In this document: piece after piece, positions 18,091 to 22,359 of the stretch
How the letters are laid out: the number at the start of each line of letters is the position of its first letter
How positions within the stretch are numbered: position 1 is the first letter of the stretch
NCBI GenBank assembly: GCA_044450345.1
Contig: JBIOIY010000050.1
Coordinates: forward strand, 1 to 22,359
Length of the DNA: 22,359 bases
Source: Thermodesulfovibrionales bacterium
Lineage (GTDB): Bacteria; Nitrospirota; Thermodesulfovibrionia; Thermodesulfovibrionales; UBA6898
Direction of reading: 5' to 3'
Notes under the pieces: model-generated
Database searches by the model: none
Told to the model about the DNA's origin: nothing
What the model saw: the letters and a program-made list of their open reading frames with translations, nothing else
Translations under genes and position numbers: made by a program

Positions 18091-18187
18091 GGTCTCCTCC
18101 TCGTCTAGCTTACTGTGAAAGAATCTGCGGAACCACGAACCCCATTTCCTCGGGACGCCGTGACCGCGCCACCGGTTCTACAAAAAT

Positions 18188-18220
18188 TGTACCTCTTAAC
18201 ATACTGTACCTCTTAACATA
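18188..18220. repeat. Tandem direct repeat, 2 x 16 bp (period 17)
   Basis: TGTACCTCTTAACATA at 18188-18203 and 18205-18220. Confidence 0.9.
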
Positions 18221-18221
18221 T

Positions 18222-18250
18222 ATAATATGACCGGTCGTCTTAAAATTCAA
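18222..18250 (-). promoter_or_regulatory. Sigma70 promoter of the SnoaL-hydrolase operon with an embedded TetR-type operator
   Basis: Minus strand TTGAAT-17 bp-TATTAT. The imperfect palindrome TAAGACGACCGGTCATA overlaps the spacer and resembles NemR-type TAGACC-N4-GGTCTA boxes. Confidence 0.75.
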
Positions 18251-18473
18251 GCGAATTCAGGAAGGCGTTCGTGCTGAGGAGAAGGACGTCGAGATGGTGT
18301 GCGTTTGGCGACCGTCTCCTTCTTTAGAGAGCCTGAATATTTGCTTCGTTTTTCGTTCCACGTAGAATTTATCAGCTTTTGTTTGGCGCACGGGCAAATC
18401 ATTAAGCAAGTTCTTGCCGAAGCAATTGGATTGAGCTAGAATGAGCTATAGTGGAGTCTAACAGTAGCCTTCA

Positions 18474-18547
18474 ACCTAACCGGCCGTTGGAGCCGAGCTG
18501 GCGCCTGGATATGTAGCGTTCACGACTGCACCGGACCAGCGCAGTTC
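18474..18547 (+). mobile_element. Second, more decayed attC-like site
   Basis: ACCTAAC-CGGCC-GTTGGAGC-CGA is a canonical left half; GCTGG..CCAGC central pairing; right L'/R' boxes not recognisable. Confidence 0.35.
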
Positions 18548-18617
18548 CCGCAGCGCGAACATTCGTACCAATCGCCTCGGAAACTTGCTTGATTAGACAA
18601 ACATAAGAAGGAATCCC

Positions 18618-19187
18618 ATGGCTCGTCACAGCGTTCGTAATGTTATTCTGGAAACAGGTATGAAACTGTTCATCGAACGGGGTTTTCACGCCTGCAGCGT
18701 TCAGGACATCACCGATTCGGCTGGTGTTCCGAAGGGATCGTTTTACAATCACTTCAAGAGCAAGGAGGCTCTCGCGGCGGAGATCCTCACCCAATACGGG
18801 AAGGGCAACAGTGATCGGAGCATCCTGACTAACCCAGATGTTCCCGCACTTACTCGTCTCAAGAAGCACTTCGCAGCCCTCAATGAGTATTTCTCTCGGT
18901 GCAATGAGGGCTGCCTGGTCGGAAAATTTATGGCCGAGGTGTCGAATGATACACCGCTGATTAAAGAGAGGCTCCTAGGCGTGCTGAGCCTCTGGGGTGA
19001 GGAAATTTCGTCAGCCATTGCGGATGGACAGAAGCAGGGTTCTATTCGCAAGGATCTCAAGGCGAACGATCTGGCTGCGTTCCTGATCGATGCTTACGAG
19101 GGAGCCATTTTGCGGGTCCGCGTTGAAAAGAGCCCGAGAGCGCTAGAGTTCTTCGTGAAGGTAGTGTTCTCAAGCATCGTGGTTTGA
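18618..19187 (+). CDS. TetR/AcrR-family transcriptional regulator (NemR-like)
   Basis: HTH: GFHACSVQDITDSAGVPKGSFYNHFKSKE; GCLVGK; AYEGAILR; AAGGA RBS; divergent from the hydrolase operon. Confidence 0.93.
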   Translation: MARHSVRNVILETGMKLFIERGFHACSVQDITDSAGVPKGSFYNHFKSKEALAAEILTQYGKGNSDRSILTNPDVPALTRLKKHFAALNEYFSRCNEGCLVGKFMAEVSNDTPLIKERLLGVLSLWGEEISSAIADGQKQGSIRKDLKANDLAAFLIDAYEGAILRVRVEKSPRALEFFVKVVFSSIVV

Positions 19188-19298
19188 GCTATTGCCTGAG
19201 ACTGTACCCGTACCGATTAACCGCTAAAAAAACTTCAAAACCGTCGGACAAGTCGCCATCAGACGGCGATTCGCGGCCCGCCATTTGATCCGGCCTAG

Positions 19299-19391
19299 CT
19301 ATTGCAGCAATGCGCCGTCCTGCATGCCGACGAAACACAGCTGCGGCAGTGCAACCCCGGCAACGGACCCCAGGGCAACCCGGTGCTCTGG
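19299..19391 (+). pseudogene. IS66-family transposase (TnpC) remnant
   Basis: Frame from 19299 reads LLQQCAVLHADETQLRQCNPGNGPQGNPVLW, matching the TnpC motif VLHADET...PG.G...LW; in-frame TAG immediately upstream; not in the ORF track. Confidence 0.65.
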
Positions 19392-19493
19392 GACCTGGTG
19401 CTTGCACCGGCCACGTGAGATATCAACGGAAATATCGTGCACTTAAACAAAAACATCCTCATGGACACAAACGGCAACTTCGTAAACCCTCAC

Positions 19494-19527
19494 AGCGCCA
19501 CGGCCAAAGCTTGAAGGCCGCAGCGCC
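19494..19527 (-). terminator. GC-rich hairpin directly after the stop of the 450-aa gene
   Basis: GGCGCTGCGGCC-TTCAAGCTTT-GGCCGTGGCGCT: 12-bp stem with three G-U pairs that form only on the minus strand; no clear U-tract. Confidence 0.4.
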
Positions 19528-19528
19528 A

Positions 19529-20881
19529 TCAATAGTTGAAACACTGGCCAATGTTTTCGGGCGTACCGTTACATCTCACATCATCTGCCAATGAGTATCC
19601 GCCAACCAATATTGTCTGTGGCAGCTTATCCGTAAGCAATCTATTAACAAGTGTGGGGTCAAGGTTCTGGGGCTCATAGCTAGCATCCGCCCCGCCCAGA
19701 GAGAAAGAGATTGTCTGTGGAATATCAGTGACAGTAATCGTGCCGGTCTGGTTTCTACACTCATATGTGGTGTGGTCGAAGCATGCGGTATTGTTGATGG
19801 TAACGCAGTCATAGTGGTAGCCGATACAGGCCGGCGGGTTCGACGTGTCGTATGTAGTGCAGGCTCCACGATAGCATATATAGTTATCCCCGCAGAAAGG
19901 ACCACCGAAGGAAGGACCTTGGTCAGGTATGCCGTCAAAAGAGCGTGTCCCACCCCCCCATCCGTTTTGATCTGGGCAAAAAAGGACAGTCTTCGAGACG
20001 GTGTAATTATTGACAGTGAAATAGTAGGTGCGATTCCCAATATTATTCTCCTGGCCAGCCAGATTAACTGTGCTATTAGCTTGCTGCACCGTAAGCCTAT
20101 TGAGGTCAATATCTGATAGAAGTCCCCCGACTTCCCATGCGTAATCGGCCCAATTTGCGGCAAAAACAGAAGACATTTCAGCTCCGTCTTTTACAACTGT
20201 AATGCAAGAAGCCCCCGCCCCGTTCACACAATTTATCAAGCCCGGGGGCAGTCCGGCCGGGACACCTCCGCTCCAGATAATATTACCGTCGTCGTGAACA
20301 ACAAAGTTCTCGGAAACCTGTACGACATCGGCATAGGGAGACCACAAAACCCTTGGCACCTGATTGTTAAAAGAGTTGACCCTGTAAGCGTCAGTCACCT
20401 CAGTTGCATTTGTTGCTTTCATCGCAGAAGCGACCATATAAACGTAGCCCATGTTCTGATCAGCGTAGTAGGCCCCACCTTGTAGGCATTGGGGCTGTGT
20501 GAGAGTTTTTATATCCGGGTTGACGGGCGTGCCGGAGCCGATAAAAGGATCCCCGGCGCAGGTATTGATACCGGTAGCCTGGGCATAATCAACACTCCCT
20601 GCGTTAATTGCAGTATCGGCGCGGTCGACCTTACTGGCTATTGCCTTATTCATAAGCGCTTGGGCGGTAGGGCTAATCGAAAGTAAATCGGAACGGAAGA
20701 AAAGTTCGGAGACCGGGTTATAGTAAAAATCGTAATACATTTTATCCACAGCCATGCGGTCGACATCGATAAGGGAATCGACCGAATAAACGATCGCTGC
20801 AGCATTAGCCGCTGCCAAAAGCAGTACAGCGATGGTCGTTATAAGCCTTATTCTAGTGGGCATGCTGATCAATGAAATCAA
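19529..20881 (-). CDS. Secreted Cys-rich protein of unknown function
   Basis: Signal peptide (..LLLAAANAAA); Ala-periodic segments; C-terminal Cys cluster (CGDNYICYRGAC...ACIGYHYDC...AC...EC); ATGA overlap with the upstream gene. Confidence 0.85.
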   Translation of the reverse strand: MISLISMPTRIRLITTIAVLLLAAANAAAIVYSVDSLIDVDRMAVDKMYYDFYYNPVSELFFRSDLLSISPTAQALMNKAIASKVDRADTAINAGSVDYAQATGINTCAGDPFIGSGTPVNPDIKTLTQPQCLQGGAYYADQNMGYVYMVASAMKATNATEVTDAYRVNSFNNQVPRVLWSPYADVVQVSENFVVHDDGNIIWSGGVPAGLPPGLINCVNGAGASCITVVKDGAEMSSVFAANWADYAWEVGGLLSDIDLNRLTVQQANSTVNLAGQENNIGNRTYYFTVNNYTVSKTVLFCPDQNGWGGGTRSFDGIPDQGPSFGGPFCGDNYICYRGACTTYDTSNPPACIGYHYDCVTINNTACFDHTTYECRNQTGTITVTDIPQTISFSLGGADASYEPQNLDPTLVNRLLTDKLPQTILVGGYSLADDVRCNGTPENIGQCFNY

Positions 20882-21510
20882 TACCGCGTGGTGGTATCAG
20901 TCCTATTCCAATTGACAGCCTGATTCGCGTAGGTAAGCGCACCACCGATATAGACTCTGCCGCGGGCAGTCTCGCCTGCCATAGTTGCAGTTTCCGCTGC
21001 ACTGTAAAAATCCGTTGTCGACATTTGGTTAACGGTATTTCCCGAGTTTACGACTATGGCCTCCGCCGCCGAGGGCGCGCTGTCGCCGCCCATACCCAGT
21101 GGAGAGTGGTATGCCTCATCGGCTATGTTGCTATAAACGGATTGCGCCGTAAAGGCCTTAGTAATCTGAGTCTGGTCGCTATTGGGACTGTCGGCCCATA
21201 CGGACGTTTCCGTGTATTGGGCATAATACGCCGCCTGGGCAGTGTTTGCATAGAACGCCTGCAGGTTTGCGATATCAAAGGCGCCTGCCGCCACCAACCC
21301 TGCTTTGCCGCGCTCCGATATGTATCTCTGGGAAAAGCAGAAATATATGGAGGCGCATATATCTGAGGTGATGTGATCGGCCATCAACGCCCTGTCTTCC
21401 ATATTCCCCCCGGCCGTAATGGTTATGGCTGACGCGGTGGAAGGGATTATGACCACAGTGCATAGGATAAGAACCAGGAAAAAGAGACCGATACGTTGGG
21501 TAGTAATCAT
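20878..21510 (-). CDS. Secreted Ala/Tyr-rich protein of unknown function
   Basis: Signal peptide (..PSTASA|I); AFYANTAQAAYYAQY, NIADEAY, AAETATMA, TYANQA; ATGA overlaps at both ends. Confidence 0.82.
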   Translation of the reverse strand: MITTQRIGLFFLVLILCTVVIIPSTASAITITAGGNMEDRALMADHITSDICASIYFCFSQRYISERGKAGLVAAGAFDIANLQAFYANTAQAAYYAQYTETSVWADSPNSDQTQITKAFTAQSVYSNIADEAYHSPLGMGGDSAPSAAEAIVVNSGNTVNQMSTTDFYSAAETATMAGETARGRVYIGGALTYANQAVNWNRTDTTTRY

Positions 21511-22358
21511 GGCTGAGAGATAATGATGGCCGGAGTATTGCCACCCACGTAGTTGATGGTTTCGTTGAGAACCGTCCCGGCATCCCCAGAAGTCTGCACC
21601 CCTTCAATTATGGCGTTTATCGGAGCGCCGGTAAATGGGTCTGTGGTGGTAAGCCATTGGGCCGTAGTAGAAGTCTTAACCCTCTGGGCGCGAGTACTCT
21701 GGTAAGTGGAGACCACGTTGTTGTACTGGCCTCCTGGAACCATATACAAGGATGCCGCGACGGGGCTATCTGTCGTGGTCGCGTGATAGTTTCTCTTATT
21801 GTTTGCGTCGCGCATGCACCAGTATTTCTGGTCCGGCCATATCAGCGCAAGCAGCAGTAGGAACTCCGCCCCTCCGGTCACCTGTGGATCCTCACTGGTA
21901 AGGACGTCACCCGTAGGGCAAAGATTGGTGTCAGCATAGTCGGCGGTGAGTGCGTGGACAGAATACGCTATGGAATTAACCCATGAGATTGTACTACAGG
22001 TCGGATCGCTCATACAGTCCTTAGGATCGTAACCCCCGTAAGCAGCTGTCCGCGCGAGATTGGCTTGCTGGGCAAGTGGAGTCGTGTTAGCGTTATCGGC
22101 ATAAGAAACTGTCAGGGGCCTAAGCATAAAGTCCTGGTCCACAGGAACAGTTTTGTCAATATGCATAGGCAAGGCGGATGCCGGGTAGTCTATCCCATTT
22201 TGCAGTATTCTATTAGTAACAGTGGTGGAAATGGTACGTGTAGCCCCGTAATAGTCTGTGTACTCGTCTGCGACCGTATAAGACGGCCCGGCCCCGTCAA
22301 CAATGTTTCTATAGAGGTCTGTAATCTGGGAGTGATACCCGCTATAGGCGCTGTCGCG
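21507..22358 (-). CDS. Hypothetical protein, C-terminal part (start lies beyond the window)
   Basis: Frame stays open upstream of the track's TTG 22172 to the window edge (RDSAYSGYHSQITDLYRNIVDGAGPSYTVADEY...). Contains SYADNA and AYSVHALTADYAD. Confidence 0.8.
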   Translation of the reverse strand, partial: RDSAYSGYHSQITDLYRNIVDGAGPSYTVADEYTDYYGATRTISTTVTNRILQNGIDYPASALPMHIDKTVPVDQDFMLRPLTVSYADNANTTPLAQQANLARTAAYGGYDPKDCMSDPTCSTISWVNSIAYSVHALTADYADTNLCPTGDVLTSEDPQVTGGAEFLLLLALIWPDQKYWCMRDANNKRNYHATTTDSPVAASLYMVPGGQYNNVVSTYQSTRAQRVKTSTTAQWLTTTDPFTGAPINAIIEGVQTSGDAGTVLNETINYVGGNTPAIIISQP

Positions 22359-22359
22359 G

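Noticed and set aside
1..22359. CRISPR array, tRNA/rRNA, reverse transcriptase, integron integrase, DGR repeats
   Set aside because: None seen by eye: no spaced repeat array, no RT- or tyrosine-recombinase-like ORF, no long adenine-variant repeat pair.

Overview
Three blocks. (1) 1-11.5 kb: a tightly coupled minus-strand type IV pilus operon. In transcription order it encodes a secretin with a long N-terminal extension, PilO-like and PilP-like alignment proteins, a PilB-type extension ATPase, a PilC-type platform, a PilT/PilU-type retraction ATPase, a small unknown ORF, a major pilin, a pilin-like membrane-anchored protein, a large minor pilin, and two small Sec-secreted proteins resembling free-standing adhesin-tip modules (the last runs off the window and is missing from the ORF track). 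Gene order recalls plasmid/ICE thin-pilus (R64 pilNOPQR..S..V) loci. No prepilin peptidase or shufflon recombinase is in the window. (2) ~11.6-19.45 kb: a mosaic cargo interval with a CMD-family gene, a hypothetical ORF, a ~210-nt highly structured non-coding element closed by 28-bp inverted repeats (retron msr/msd-like architecture but no RT), a HEPN-like gene fused in frame to a DJ-1/PfpI C-terminal fragment, degenerate integron attC-like sites, a TetR gene divergent from a SnoaL / two alpha-beta hydrolase / MBL-fold operon with a clear promoter-operator, and an IS66 transposase remnant. (3) 19.5-22.36 kb: three translationally coupled minus-strand genes of unknown function sharing Ala-periodic 'AxxA/YAD' motifs suggestive of fibre proteins. 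Family calls come from motif recognition by eye; no searches were run.
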